Notes: generated by a model not told the origin, from the sequence alone. Shown: positions 48,290-61,947, counted from the first letter of the whole stretch. The stretch is DNA of 63,801 nucleotides, filler included, from Octopus bimaculoides (GCF_001194135.2; 5 parts of 5 records of this genome joined end to end with filler, not necessarily neighbours in it); one strand, 5' to 3'. Numbers and translations are program-made.

Positions 48290-50010
48290 CAAGCTTTCTA
48301 GATTATCAGTAATAATTAGGGGTAGAATAATTAGAAGGTACAATATTTGAGATGCAGTCATAGCTATGATCAGAATACGTTTTCATGAGAACAGATCCTT
48401 TGATGATAATGATACCTTACGTATGGAGCGACCGCGTGAGTTCTAAATGATGTTTAAAGTGATGGAGGATGTGGAGTTATCTTTTTTATATGAGCCTGAG
48501 TGTTTTGCTGTTGAAAGAAACAAGATTCGCATGGCTCCAGTACAGTATGATCTTATGGTCTGTCTATAGAACCAGTGTAAGTTTGGCGTGTGGTGTCTGG
48601 TTATCATGGTTTGGGAAGGTTACGATAGAATGAAGGATCACACCATCTTCATCAGTGTGAGGGGGTAGACAGAACCGAAACTCGCGGCACTCCGAAGTTG
48701 ATAGGGTCGGGCACACACTACGAGAGTGAGATCTGATGAGAATTTATTGATCCTCAAGATTAGAGACGGACAGAGCTCATTGGCAGGAAGATTAGGCGCT
48801 AGATACCGTTTAATGCTTTACTGATATACTGATGCCGAACGATACATTATTGCTTTCATTGTATCTCTATAACAGAGCCCACTGGTAGGTGACGAAGGAG
48901 AGTAGGTGTCCAGTGAATGTGACTTTATGCAAGTGGTATTGGTAGTCATTAAAGAGGGAGTGAGAGTGAGAGAGACAGAAACAGGGAGTGAGAGTGAGAG
49001 AGACAGAAACAGGGAGTGAGAGAGAGAGACAAAGAGAGAGAAAGTGAGAGTAGAGACAAAGAGAGTGAGGGAATGAGAAATGCTGGGTGAGATCATTGTT
49101 AATGTCTCTCTCGTATGAGATATTTCAAATGAGTGCAATAGCTGCGATAGAACATCTTCTACTGCATCCATGTCAATCTTGCTTCTTTCAGCACCATAAA
49201 ATCTCAAACATATCAAGAAAATATCTTTGCACTTTTACTTACATTTCGAATATGAACAGCACTCACTTGGAGCCTTCACAGTCGCTTCCAATGTTGGGCC
49301 TCAGTATTCCTTGAGAATGGGACACACAGTACGATGTTTCCATAGATCAGGGTATGTTCATTTAGAGGGTGAGGATTGAAGAGTTCGGTGAGTAAAAGAG
49401 CACATTCTGGGGGTCAATGTTTGAGAAAGGTCATTGTCTAGGCTGGTGTGTCCGTTAAAAGCAACCGCAGTAATTTCCGCACTTGTCTTGTGTGTATGCG
49501 ATATGGGGGAACATGGTGAGGATAGGGAAGAAGATATATTTTGAGAAGAATTGCTAAGTGCATGTAGTGTGAAGTTGAATGCAGAGGGGGCAGTGAAGGT
49601 TGAGACTTATTTGCAGACAGAACAATCGTTGTTGAGAAGTGAAGGAAAAGAAGACTCTCCGAAATTGGTGGAGATCACTTATGGCAACTGACCAAAAGGA
49701 TTTGTTGTCGTTTGGGTTACGTGATAGCTTTAGGGCTGTGCCAAGAATGAAACCTTCACCTATGATTCAAAGAGGACTTGCAAGGGTTACGTTGTTGGGT
49801 AAATTTAGGGGATTGGATAACTTTCTCCAGGCGCTATTTTTTTCATTTTGCAGTGTGGCTCCATTGAGGGTCTGAAGTTTTTTTTTATGGGAAGTAACAT
49901 ACGCAAAAGGACATCTTCAGTTATTGATGAAGTTGTTTCTGATGGGTCGTGGCTGCTCGGGATAATCAGCATAAATCTATGGGAGCTCCGACCAGCTACA
50001 GAGTCCAAGT
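48290..50010 (-). mobile_element. Decayed CR1/Jockey-group LINE
   Basis: STGHLLSFVTYQW, FGISIS (DISKAF-like), FGVPRVSVLS (GVPQGSVLS-like) and FNSKT. A GA-rich microsatellite is inserted at 48950-49075. Confidence 0.55.
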
Positions 50011-51498
50011 AATATGTATTTTAGACTAGGCAACTGTAACTTGTAACACTAGGCATTTTATTTCTCATTCATTACTGAATCGTGTCTCGGGTTATCATTC
50101 TGACAGTGAGTTTAATTCTAGGTTACGTCACACAACAATAGATTGTTTAACAAAAGCTAACAACTCTGTATACACTAACTGACTGAAAATATTGCAGATT
50201 GAACAAATCCACATAATAAAACATAATGTCATGTTCAGCTTCCTTTGCAACGAAATAGTATTTGATGCTGTTTTCTTGATAAATCCATCTTGTCACAGTG
50301 GTTTAACTTTTCATTGTTGTCGAGAAGATAACATATATTACTCTCTGAATCATGATCAATAAGGAAATAAGAGGAAGGAAATATTGAAATTAAAGTTTAC
50401 CAAATGAATTATTTGATGGTTGTTATTGTATTAAAACGTTCATCTCCTTTCTTTAACATATTTCGTGCCTTTCATACATATTTCTCACAACACTTATATA
50501 CAACTCACTGGCTTCATGGCGGTTAGACCGCAGGCAATAGTAAAATGAATTAAAATAAAAAAGAAATAAAACGTCACGTTTAGCAGACATTTGTATAACG
50601 GTGCACGCTCAGTTCACTCCCGTTCCGAGATTCACTTTATAACTTTCAATGTTCTCTTCATATAAACAAAATATTTCTTTGATTTTCCTATTACCGTTGT
50701 TGGACGTAATTATTTTTTATTAGATAGCGGAAGGATCTAGTTGTAGTTGACTCATTACCATCACCATTGTGTTCAGTGATGCAAACCAATTAGTGCCGTA
50801 ATGCTGCCAACATGTGCACGTGTTTTCTTCAGAAGCCACGCGATAAAAATCTCTTTCACATATTTATTTGCGGTAAACCACAAAGACTGAAGAATCGCCT
50901 ACTTCCGCCAATCATGTCTTTTAAAGGGGTGGCTCAACAATAAATTAGAACTTCTCATTAAGATGTTTTACACTCTTATAAATAAACATACATCTTGCAT
51001 TATTAAAGGTATTCAGTTTAAATATATATTATTTTGTTTTTGTGTGAATACCTATCAGCGTATGTTTATAATACACGCATACACACGTGTGTATATGTAC
51101 ACACACACACAAACACACACATATCTATACGCATATAGACATTATGCATATATATATATTATGCATATATATATATATNNNNNNNNNNNNNNNNNNNNNN
51201 NNNNNNNNNNNNNNNNNNNNNNNNNNNNNNNNNNNNNNNNNNNNNNNNNNNNNNNNNNNNNNNNNNNNTATATATATTATTTAAAAGACTTCCAACTCTG
51301 TTTTTTATGTTTTATTTAGATTCTTATAAAATTAATGTGGGATATAGAATATGGAATATATAATATAAATAGTAAAATGAAATGAAGTATTGAATGTCTT
51401 ATTGAATACATGAAATATTGAGTATTAAATATAGAGTATTAAATATATAAGGACTAGTATACTTTCCTGCCTCATGGCATTCATCAAGGTCCCGTCTG

Positions 51499-51548
<50 letters not shown>

Positions 51549-51635
51549 TTATCTACATGTATATATGTACACGCACACACACACAAATCCAGGTTAGTCA
51601 AGTCTGGGGAACATGAAGGCCGTTCAAAGTAGGCC

Positions 51636-52110
51636 TCACACATGGTATTAGCAAGATGAAGCAACTGCTCATACCTCAAGAGAAACAATACAGTTGCTAC
51701 GGCAGTGCTTTGGAGGGAGTAATATCCCACCACGGCAATGTCAACTGACTTTCATATTCCCCAGACTTAACTAGCCCGGATTTTTTCTTGTGGGGATACC
51801 TGAAAGAGAGGGTTTATATCAACAAACTATAGGCCCTAATGCAACTGAGGGAGAACATCAATAGAGAAATCAGAGAAGTGGGGTCTGAAACTCTTGAGAG
51901 TGTTATGGTGCAAGTTTTGGAGAGAGCACGGGCGTGCGAAGCCGAAAATGGCTGCCATTTAAGTGGTGTCATTTTCCATATGTGATGTAATGATGTTGCA
52001 AAATTTGACTCGTGCATATTAATTTCCATTATGTCCTTTATACTGTATCAAAATATCATGCATTTATTTGTAAAGTTAAGGAAGCTATTAAAAATTGAAA
52101 CCCATCAACA
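51636..52110 (+). mobile_element. IS630-Tc1-mariner (DDxD, maT-like) transposase C-terminal remnant
   Basis: WY*QDEATAHTSRETIQLL, then SPDLTSPDFFLWGYLKERVY...ACEAENGCHLSGVIFHM* (51758-51985). Confidence 0.85.
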
Positions 52111-54614
52111 ATGAATGGCATTTAAGATAGAGCAGCGAACGAATTGATATAAAGTCATAGTTCAATTCTCTACTTCTGAAAAGGTTTTCATCTTTCTAGG
52201 TTTGATAAAGTATTTCTAGTAATGGCACAACTAGTAAAAAACACCCAAATCAATATAATCAAATATACCCTACCCAACACCATAAAAAATGATGGAATTG
52301 TGTATATGGTACAAATCTTTTTGTTCTTCTGTATTATAATTTGGCTTTTTTTTTTCTTTNNNNNNNNNNNNNNNNNNNNNNNNNNNNNNNNNNNNNNNNN
52401 NNNNNNNNNNNNNNNNNNNNNNNNNNNNNNNNNNNNNNNNNNNNNNNNNNNNNNNNNNNNNNNNNNNNNNNNNNNNNNNNNNNNNNNNNNNNNNNNNNNN
52501 NNNNNNNNNNNNNNNNNNNNNNNNNNNNNNNNNNNNNNNNNNNNNNNNNNNNNNNNNNNNNNNNNNNNNNNNNNNNNNNNNNNNNNNNNNNNNNNNNNNN
52601 NNNNNNNNNNNNNNNNNNNNNNNNNNNNNNNNNNNNNNNNNNNNNNNNNNNNNNNNNNNNNNNNNNNNNNNNNNNNNNNNNNNNNNNNNNNNNNNNNNNN
52701 NNNNNNNNNNNNNNNNNNNNNNNNNNNNNNNNNNNNNNNNNNNNNNNNNNNNNNNNNNNNNNNNNNNNNNNNNNNNNNNNNNNNNNNNNNNNNNNNNNNN
52801 NNNNNNNNNNNNNNNNNNNNNNNNNNNNNNNNNNNNNNNNNNNNNNNNNNNNNNNNNNNNNNNNNNNNNNNNNNNNNNNNNNNNNNNNNNNNNNNNNNNN
52901 NNNNNNNNNNNNNNNNNNNNNNNNNNNNNNNNNNNNNNNNNNNNNNNNNNNNNNNNNNNNNNNNNNNNNNNNNNNNNNNNNNNNNNNNNNNNNNNNNNNN
53001 NNNNNNNNNNNNNNNNNNNNNNNNNNNNNNNNNNNNNNNNNNNNNNNNNNNNNNNNNNNNNNNNNNNNNNNNNNNNNNNNNNNNNNNNNNNNNNNNNNNN
53101 NNNNNNNNNNNNNNNNNNNNNNNNNCGGCAAGAACAGCATCATACACATAGTGCTATCATTATGTCTTAAGCAGGTCTGGATTAAGACCCTTACAAGCCC
53201 TAAGCACACAAAGGATTCGGGTTCTTCTATATATATATATAAAATTCAAAATATAATAATAAACTATACAGTAAATCTTTATTTTTCAAAACGAAAGAAA
53301 ATTAACAGTAAGATGGAAAATAATGTATTTTTGTATACTTTTACTTTATTTATATTTGAAACATTTTCTCAACCATTTTTTTAATTACAACACATCTGCT
53401 TCTATACTCTGTGGAGGTAGGGCATCATGAATATTACTTTAGCAAGTTTAAAGTGATTCTTTTTGTGCCGTAAACCATTTACCATTTCTGTGGTGCCCTC
53501 TCCACCATTCCCTCGATGCTCTAAGTTCTTAATGGTTACTCCAGCGCTGATTGAAAGCTGTTACTATATACCAATTATATCTAGTTCCAACAGAATAGAG
53601 TCGAAATGCAAATCGCCCTGGCCAACTTACTTGAGGCATATTACTCTAGACCAGCTTTTCTCCAGATAAGTCCAATCTCAAGTTAATTCCAGTTAAACCA
53701 TTCTGCTACTCAACTCGTGTTGCAACATTGAAAGTCCATTGAAGAAAGCACATAACAAATATTACATTTGATATTTCCTACAGTTGTTGTTGCTCTGTTG
53801 GTGTAAGAACTTTTGGAAAAGACTAAGGGAATAGTATTCATAGTATATATAAAACCTAATGCAATTGTTGTATTATAAAGTTTGAAATACGTTGATGGAA
53901 AATAAAACAGGAGGTATTACATAGTGGATGGGCTTTTTATAATTAGAACTACGATGCCAGAGAAAGGCATGTACATCACACTATCTCATTTCATTAACCT
54001 TGTCAAAATAAAACCCTTGATAGAAGTAAAAAAGATATAATGAGGAGCTGTGTTCCTTTTCAAACATCGTTGAGCAAGTTTCCTAGATGACTAAAGTACG
54101 CTGAAAATGAATGTTTTGCCCTTGCACTGTAGAGCCCCTGTAGCAACTACGACATCATTCTAAATTTAATTTTAAACCATTTTTTTTTGTAATAGTTTAA
54201 CAGAAGAAACGTGACATAATTGATTTATTCACCAGTTTAAGCGTCTTATTCATGAAGTGTTAACAAGATATCAAATGATAGCAACATATATTGATGGTTT
54301 ATGTACACCACTAGATTGCAATATATATCAAGGATAACTCGATGACTTCGCTGTAATAATTGTATCTTATAATTAATGATAACTAAATCATCTAGTTATA
54401 ATAATTATAGCTTATTTCGAACTCAATAATCTAGTAGTAATAATTATATCACTAATTATACCGTGTAACAAATTTTTTTTCTTCTATAGGCAGTATTATT
54501 TTCTATTTGATTCTATCTAGAAATCAAAAGAAATGACTAGTAATCCCTTCAAAGTTTTGCTTTTGTGACCTGGACATCAATGTTTTGAAACTAAATTATG
54601 TTCCATTACATTTC

Positions 54615-54815
54615 AGATAGATTCAGCACTGAGTTGCTTACGCAGAAATATCGCTACAGTAAATATTCTGCTCAAAATCACAGATTTGCTTGTCAGTTGA
54701 TTGACTATAACCACTTGAACATTTCCCTTAGAGGCTGACAAAATGTGCATCTCCAATCATGAGCAGGTGTAGTGGGGGAGCATCTCAGCCATGTGTTAAT
54801 TCTTCGGGGTTTGAA
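54615..54815 (+). mobile_element. Interspersed repeat fragment (octopus-type)
   Basis: aaatattctgctcaaaatcacagatttgcttgtcagttg...gtagtgggggagcatctcagccatgtgtt is recalled as an abundant octopus repeat; not verifiable within this window. Confidence 0.4.
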
Positions 54816-55821
54816 TAAATGTAACAAAAGCAAAGTTTGAAGGAAATATTAGCCATTTTCATACATCCTGGCGGTAACCAAACAGGAAATAACAGTTACT
54901 ACCCAAGGGCAAAATTCGTGTTACACAGTGTTATTAGCTTAATTATTTTGTAAGGAAGTGTACGGTATTAATGATAACTAAATCGTCAAATTATAATAGA
55001 AAATATTTTGTTAGTGATAAATGAGTCATTTACTAATTATAACAGTTTTATTAATAACACAATCATCAAGCTATAATTAGTCTCTTATCAATTAATCAAT
55101 TACCTAGTCGTGATAAATTATATCGTATTAATGGTAACTCAATCACCTAACCATAATAATTATATCTTATTAGTAAAATAAAACACCGCGAATTAAATGA
55201 ATCGTTTGAGTGGTGACTAAATGACTTATGGTATTTTGTTTCAGCTCTTTAACTTTGAAATCAGATTCTACCTGTTATATTTCCGGGGTGGAAATAATAT
55301 TTCTATGATGGTGGATTGGTGGTATTGCTAGAGCGGTCACACAAAATTGTTGATGAAGCTCGTTCCAGTTCTTTGCGTTTTATATGCCCAGATATACGCA
55401 AAGAAATTGTGTGCATGTCTAGCTGATAGGATGTTGTCATGTAAAACATTCCTGAAGAAAGGTATTGTATTCTCCGAAGAAAATTACGTAACGATCATGT
55501 AGTATTTGTCAGGAAAGTTACCAAGAGCCGTTCGTCGGCCTACTGGCATAAGAAAGGAAGGTAAGAACATGTATTGATACTAATAGTCAAATGCATCATT
55601 TCAAGTGCAATATATGTGTAAAAGCATTGCTGTAAAATTAATAAGTTTGACGGTTCTTGGTCTGATATCTCTTCGCGGTTACTTGGACAAGAGTTAACCT
55701 CTACTCGACCAATGCTTTTAAAGTGGAAATTGGTTGAAAGAAATTGCACAGAAGCCAGTCGTATATTACTCACACACACACACGCGCGCACGCAGCACGC
55801 ACGCACGCACGCACGCACGCA

Positions 55822-55860
<39 letters not shown>

Positions 55861-55961
55861 CACACTAATGTATGTGTGTGTGTGTTTATCATTCGCTGTT
55901 GTATATCAGCGAAGCATTGTTATAATCCTTACATTGTTGGATTGTTATAACGCCCACTTGA

Positions 55962-56035
55962 GACACGACTATCTCAGTAATGACACAACTATCTCAGTAA
56001 TGACACGACTATCTCAGTAATGACACAACTATCTC
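55962..56035. repeat. 20-bp tandem repeat x3.7 with alternating G/A variants
   Basis: gacac(g/a)actatctcagtaat units at 55962, 55982, 56002 and 56022. Confidence 0.95.
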
Positions 56036-56039
56036 TGAC

Positions 56040-57800
56040 TACCTACTACGTACTCTGGTACTTTTTACTCGATACATCATTTTACCTATGCATTTGGTAA
56101 TTACTCCATCTTCCCAACTCTGCTTTCCATTCTTGTATGACCTCATATACACCTTTTCACCGACTTTAAAGAATCTTGCTATGTCTTCCCTGGCACTTTT
56201 TTCTTTTCTTGTTAAGTAGCAATTTATCAAAGACTGATTTTACTTTCCTTGCAAGCATCAGCTCCGCTGGTGAGTTACCTGCTGGTGTATTCGGATTTGG
56301 TGTCACACGGTACACTCTTAAAAATTGTTGTAAAGCTACCTCATCCATGACTTCCTTATTCGATTTTCTTAGGACTCTTTTGAAGGTATCGACAAAGCGT
56401 TCTGCCATTCCATTAGATCTGGGATGGTATGGCGCCGTAGTTATATGTTCTACCGCGAACGTTTCACAATTTTGTTTTAATTCGCTAGATACAAATTGTG
56501 TTCCATTGTCAGATATTATCTTGTCTGGGTTACCAAATCTTGCAAACAATTCGTGTAAAAAATTTATCACAGTTGAGGAGGTTGGTTTTTAACACTTGCA
56601 ACTACCACTAAGTAGTATGAAGGATTTAAAGGACCAGCGAAATCGATGTGTAGTTTAGACCACGGAACATCTACTTTTGAACTATGTTTACTTTTATCGT
56701 GGGAAACTTTTCATTTCATTTTGGCTTACATAAAGGTGTTCCACTCTGTTTTACTGCAATTTTTTGTTTCAGTTCCTCGGCCGCATTCGAACCTTCGACT
56801 GAACTGACTATATTTCCATACAAAACACTTTTAAGCGTATTCCATACTTTGAATAGTTCCATCCACTCTGTGCCGAATAGACTAAATGAACTTTTTAATA
56901 CATATAACTTCGCCTTTTTCGTTTGACCTCGAAATGTTACATTACATACGCATTCACCGGAAAAATATAATCTTTTTCCCGTAACACCATGTCCTACCTC
57001 TTTAGATTTAACTAATTTCGGCTTACTGATATATTTCCAAGTTTTTTCGTTTATAATGATGATATCACTAAATATGTCCAATTGTATTTTAACACATGTA
57101 TTTTTGATTTTCACCTTCATGAATTTCCTCATCGTTATATTACCACTTTCTTCCGATGACACTATTTATTCTTTTTCCTTTGTTCTGACGTTTTGTCATC
57201 TTCGTTCTACAGTGCGTTTTATATGTTCTATATTTCCACAAAGAAAGCACTCCGCTTTTTTAATTGGATAACTTTTCCTCGGCTGAATACCTCTACATGG
57301 AAAACATGGGATTATTCCCTGATTTTTGTCGCGTTTTGTAGGAAACACTTTATCTCTGTTCTAAATATTTCGCACTTGCTTTACTTGGAAACACTCTTTA
57401 CGTTCAATTTCCTCTCTGTCGTGTCTTAATTTGACTATCCTTTCACATTCTTCTGACACTTACTTGTAGGGTTACATCTTGATTTTGTTCCAACTTCCTT
57501 TTCGGCAGTAAATCCCAGTGTAAAACTCAGCTTAAACTTCTTGCATTCCCTGTTTAGTTTACCAGCATACGTGATGTAGTCTTTGCCGTTGCTTTTCTCT
57601 ATGTTCAGACACTTCCAGCGTGTGTTGAACAATGGGCTTTTTTCACTGAAAATCGTTCACAATATGTCTATTGTGTCATTAAAGTTTACATCCGAAAGTT
57701 TTCTTGGGAGTACATAATTACCGTACCGTTCATGTTCTGTTGCCGCCAGTTTTCTCAAGATTGAGCGCGTTTTCATCATGTTGTCCCAAAATAAAGAATA
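56040..57800 (-). mobile_element. Ty3/Gypsy LTR retrotransposon internal remnant (gag, protease, integrase); RT/RNase H missing
   Basis: gag-like LFNTRWKCLNIEK...YAGKLNRECKKFKL; CFLCGNIEH knuckle; protease-like IQLDIFSD; integrase WSKLHIDFAGP and IISDNGTQFVS...TAPYHPRSNGMAERFVDTFK. No LTRs recognised. Confidence 0.9.
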
Positions 57801-59814
57801 AAACGCCTTGATATAATACATCTAATTAAAGTTGTCATCATATTTGAAATATGGTAATACGGGTTTAGATATCGATTATATTGCAGTAAATTATTGGAAA
57901 ACGTACATTTATAGAAGCTTAAAAAAAGATTTTAAAATGGCAAAAGTATATTTAAATTATGGTGACGATATGACGATATATCTTACGAATTTTAGTAAGC
58001 AGCTATTAGGGTAATCATTTGATACTTTAAAAGGATATGAATAACTCAAGGCACCCCCTTACGAATTAGAACAATATGAGGGTATGCTGAAAAATTCCAG
58101 GCTTTAAGGGTCTCGCGAAAAGCCTGGTTAGAGGTCCAACCTCCTGAGTTCTTTTACAGAGCTTAGAAAAACTGAAGAACCGCTGCACTAAGCGTGTGAA
58201 TTTAAGAAGGAATATGTTGAATATAATTAACTGATCCGCCTGTATTTTCTTTTACCCTACACCAGGAACTTTTCAGTATCCATTTGTACTTCTAAATATT
58301 GATAACACAACGTTGAATATTAAATTAATTACTGCAACTTTAGATCCGAAAACTGTTTTACAAATATGAAAGATTATTTAAAAGTGAAATGTGTATCTTA
58401 GAAATAATATAGTCTCAATATTTTTATGCCCCCTCTAAAGAATAGTAAATATACTGCTTAAAACTTATATGTCTTGTGACATTAACTAGTCTGTTTAATG
58501 AAGATCATAATAATGGTAATAATTAATACAAGCAATTATATTGTTGAATTACCCATTCAAAATATAACAATATATACGAATAAATAAAGAGAAAAAATGC
58601 GAATGAAGAAAAGGAATAGTCTTATCTATAATTAAATGATAAATACAGCAGCAACAGAATTAATTAATAACGATATTAATGATTTTTATAAGTTATAACA
58701 GTAAGAAGCAAGATAGAAAACAATGTAGAAGAAAAATATAAAAATATACAGAACAATAAATATATATAAAAAAATAACAATGTTGTATAACGGTTACATT
58801 CGACAATTGTTGTTGGTTTTGTATAGAGACTATGTCCATCGTATTTTACCGAGAGGACTGACGTGAAAGTATAATAGAAGCGGAAAGGAGGTGGAGTTTA
58901 TAATTACTGCAGAATGGCTGCTGGAAAAGCAGGAGGAGTTTGTATCTAATTGATGTTGCTGCTGAAACGAGATGAAATTTGTGTCTGGTGCAGTAAAAAC
59001 CGTAAGCTGTTGATGACACTCGCAGAGGAGTGACTCGCAGGTAGTCAGTTGCAGCAAACTCCTACTATATGATAACGCTGACAAAGAGTAGGAGATAAAA
59101 AGAATGGAGAAACACTCGGAATTACATGGAACATTTTGTATTTTCAATACTGGAGAAAGGCGTAGCTTAGATTATTAATTCCTCATGGTGCAGTCATAGA
59201 AGGTGGAGCTAATAATTTATAATAGAACTGGCCTATTGGACCTTGAATATATATCGGTGTATGTCATACGAGGTTATGAAGTGAGAGTATATTTATCGCA
59301 ACTTTCACCTACTCATGGATATTCATTTATTATCTTAAAAGGCATAATTCAATGACCTTTGATATGTATGCATGTATGTATATATGTATGCATGCATGTA
59401 TGTATGTATGTATGTATATATCTATCTATATGTATATATATATANNNNNNNNNNNNNNNNNNNNNNNNNNNNNNNNNNNNNNNNNNNNNNNNNNNNNNNN
59501 NNNNNNNNNNNNNNNNNNNNNNNNNNNNNNNNNNNNNNNNNNNNNNNNNNNNNNNNNNNNNNNNNNNNNNNNNNNNNNNNNNNNNNNNNNNNNNNNNNNN
59601 NNNNNNNNNNNNNNNNNNNNNNNNNNNNNNNNNNNNNNNNNNNNNNNNNNNNNNNNNNNNNNNNNNNNNNNNNNNNNNNNNNNNNNNNNNNNNNNNNNNN
59701 NNNNNNNNNNNNNNNNNNNNNNNNNNNNNNNNNNNNNNNNNNNNNNNNNNNNNNNNNNNNNNNNNNNNNNNNNNNNNNCTCTCTCTCTCCCTCTCTCTCT
59801 TTATATATATATAT

Positions 59815-59960
59815 ATGGCATTAAGAAGGGCATACAGCCACAGAAACCACACCAAATCAGACTGGAACCTGGTGTAGCTCTCCAGCTTAACAGTCCCCAT
59901 CAAACTGTCTCACCCATGCCAGCATGGAAAGCGGACGTTAAATGATGATGATGATGATGA
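59815..59960 (+). mobile_element. SINE/RTE-type 3' tail with (ATG)n end
   Basis: aagaagggcatacagcc...acccatgccagcatggaaagcggacgttaaatgatgatgatg is a typical RTE-related tail. Confidence 0.7.
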
Positions 59961-60084
59961 CATATATATATATATATAGATAGATAGATAGACACACACA
60001 GATACATACATACATACATGCATACATACATATATACATACATACATACACACACACATACATACATACATATATATATATGTC

Positions 60085-60310
60085 AGCCATTGTTATGATC
60101 GGCCATTATTATGATTGACCGTTGACTGAACACTATTCAATTTTTTTTCTCCGTGTTTTTCTCCTTGTCTCCGTATTCTTTCTGTTGAAGAGCATAGCTC
60201 GAAACGTCAAAGACTTTCCGTATTCCCGAGCGTCATACTAATATATACTTTTGTTATTTATACCACCTGTCCTCGTCTGTTGTTATTATTTGTATATTCT
60301 CCCATATATA
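60085..60310 (+). mobile_element. Second copy of the hammerhead-bearing (PLE-like) repeat, ending in (TA)n
   Basis: Homologous to 33560-33713: gaagagc..gctcgaaacgt, ttcccgagcgt, tataccacctgtc, ttctccc-(TA)n. Confidence 0.65.
60177..60213 (+). ncRNA. Candidate minimal type I hammerhead motif (core variant)
   Basis: Stem I tcttt/aaaga; core CUGUUGA(A); stem II gagc-ata-gctc; GAAAC-GUC. A6 is replaced by U. Confidence 0.5.
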
Positions 60311-61740
60311 TATATATATATATATATATANNNNNNNNNNNNNNNNNNNNNNNNNNNNNNNNNNNNNNNNNNNNTTAATTAATTAANNNNNNNNNNNNNN
60401 NNNNNNNNNNNNNNNNNNNNNNNNNNNNNNAAAAAAAAAAAAAAAAAAGAACAAGTGTAATAGGTGTAAAAAAAATGTGTAGTAAACGAATCTGAAAACC
60501 CGAATTTGCGCAAACGAACCAGGAGGTGGGAAGAGAACTTTCGAAAAATTCACACGATCTGATTTTTTCCCTCATAACTTTCAGGAAAATGGGTATCTTT
60601 TAATAAAAGTTTATAGAAATACTTTTGAAACGGCATAGATTACAATTATAAAGAAATTTGTGGAGGAAACATTGTTTCGAGGGGATGGGAAGAGGAGTTT
60701 CGGATCAAGAAGACCACGGTTTGGAAAATTTGTGATTTTTTAAATTCCCCACCCCTTAATAACGATATCAATGGACCACACGCGTGCTCCATTGGTGGGA
60801 TATAAGCATCATAAAAAAAAATGGTAATTTAAATTTTTATCCCCACTTTAATTAAGCGAGGTGCGTAGGAAAAAACATTTTCTAACAGAAAAGTATGCTA
60901 TTAAAATGAATTATCTTTTACATACCTGTTTTTTTAAATCCCTGTGGAAATATTTGAATTATAAATAGAAAGGAGTGGGGTTAAAAAAAAATTATAAATT
61001 TTCAATTTTTTTTTATAGCATAAATGTGTTTAAGGGGAGAAAAATATTCTTTTCTACTCTAGGCACAATTAATTAATTGGAACAAAATTGAGGAAATTGA
61101 AAAGTGGCAGCCAAACAGTAAAGATCCGCTATGCCACCCAGCTTCGTGTGAAAATATATCCTCTCGCCAAACACGAAGACGTAACATTCTCTACTCCCGC
61201 AAAGCACAAATACATAACATTTTATCTTCTTGCCAAGCATACATTCTCACTCACTGACGACTGGTATTCAGCATAACATATTTTTTTGTAAAGTAACAAT
61301 TGTAAATCTATCTGTAAATAAACATTTCAACTAAAATTAAAATATTGTGATTGGTTTTATTTGGAGCAGCACACAACCAGACCAAATAATCCAGCTCCCA
61401 GCTAACCAATTCTGTTGATGTTATTATACAGATAGGAAATGTCCAGGCTCGGTTGGGTCATGCAAGAAGCTTGCTTAAGCACATCTCTCTTTAGATAAAA
61501 TATAAACTCAGAACTATAACTATATGAAGTGTTCATCACTGCAGCAATCAATTATGCTTCCGATGTCTCAATCGTGAAAATTTCGATAAATACGTTGTTT
61601 CCATTTTTCTAATTTTTTCTTCTGCTCCTTTGGCTTCTTTCCTGATACTCCCTCACTGATATTTTGGTTCATTCTCCTGTAACAGGCTCAACATAAAAAC
61701 TTTAATATTTCTTTCGATCTTTTGATATATTTCAGTTTTA

Positions 61741-61947
61741 AGACGACGAGCTGGCAGAAACGTTAGCACGCCGGGTGAAATACTTAGCGGTATTTCGTTT
61801 GTCTTTACGTTCTGAGTTCAGGTCGACTTTGCCTTTCATCCTTTCGGAGGTCGATAAATTAAGTACCAGTTATGTACTGGGGTCGATCAAGTCGACTGGC
61901 CCCTTTCTCAAAATTTCGGGCCTTGTGCCTAGAGTAGAAAAGATTAT
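61741..61947 (+). mobile_element. SINE family A, near full length
   Basis: gacgagctggcagaaacgttagcacgccgggtgaaatacttagcgg...gttctgagttc...aaaatttcgggccttgtgcctagagtagaaaagattat. Confidence 0.88.

Noticed and set aside
60440-61080. AT-rich block that looks like an interspersed DNA-transposon-like repeat
   Set aside because: No TIR, TSD, ORF or second copy is identifiable in the window.
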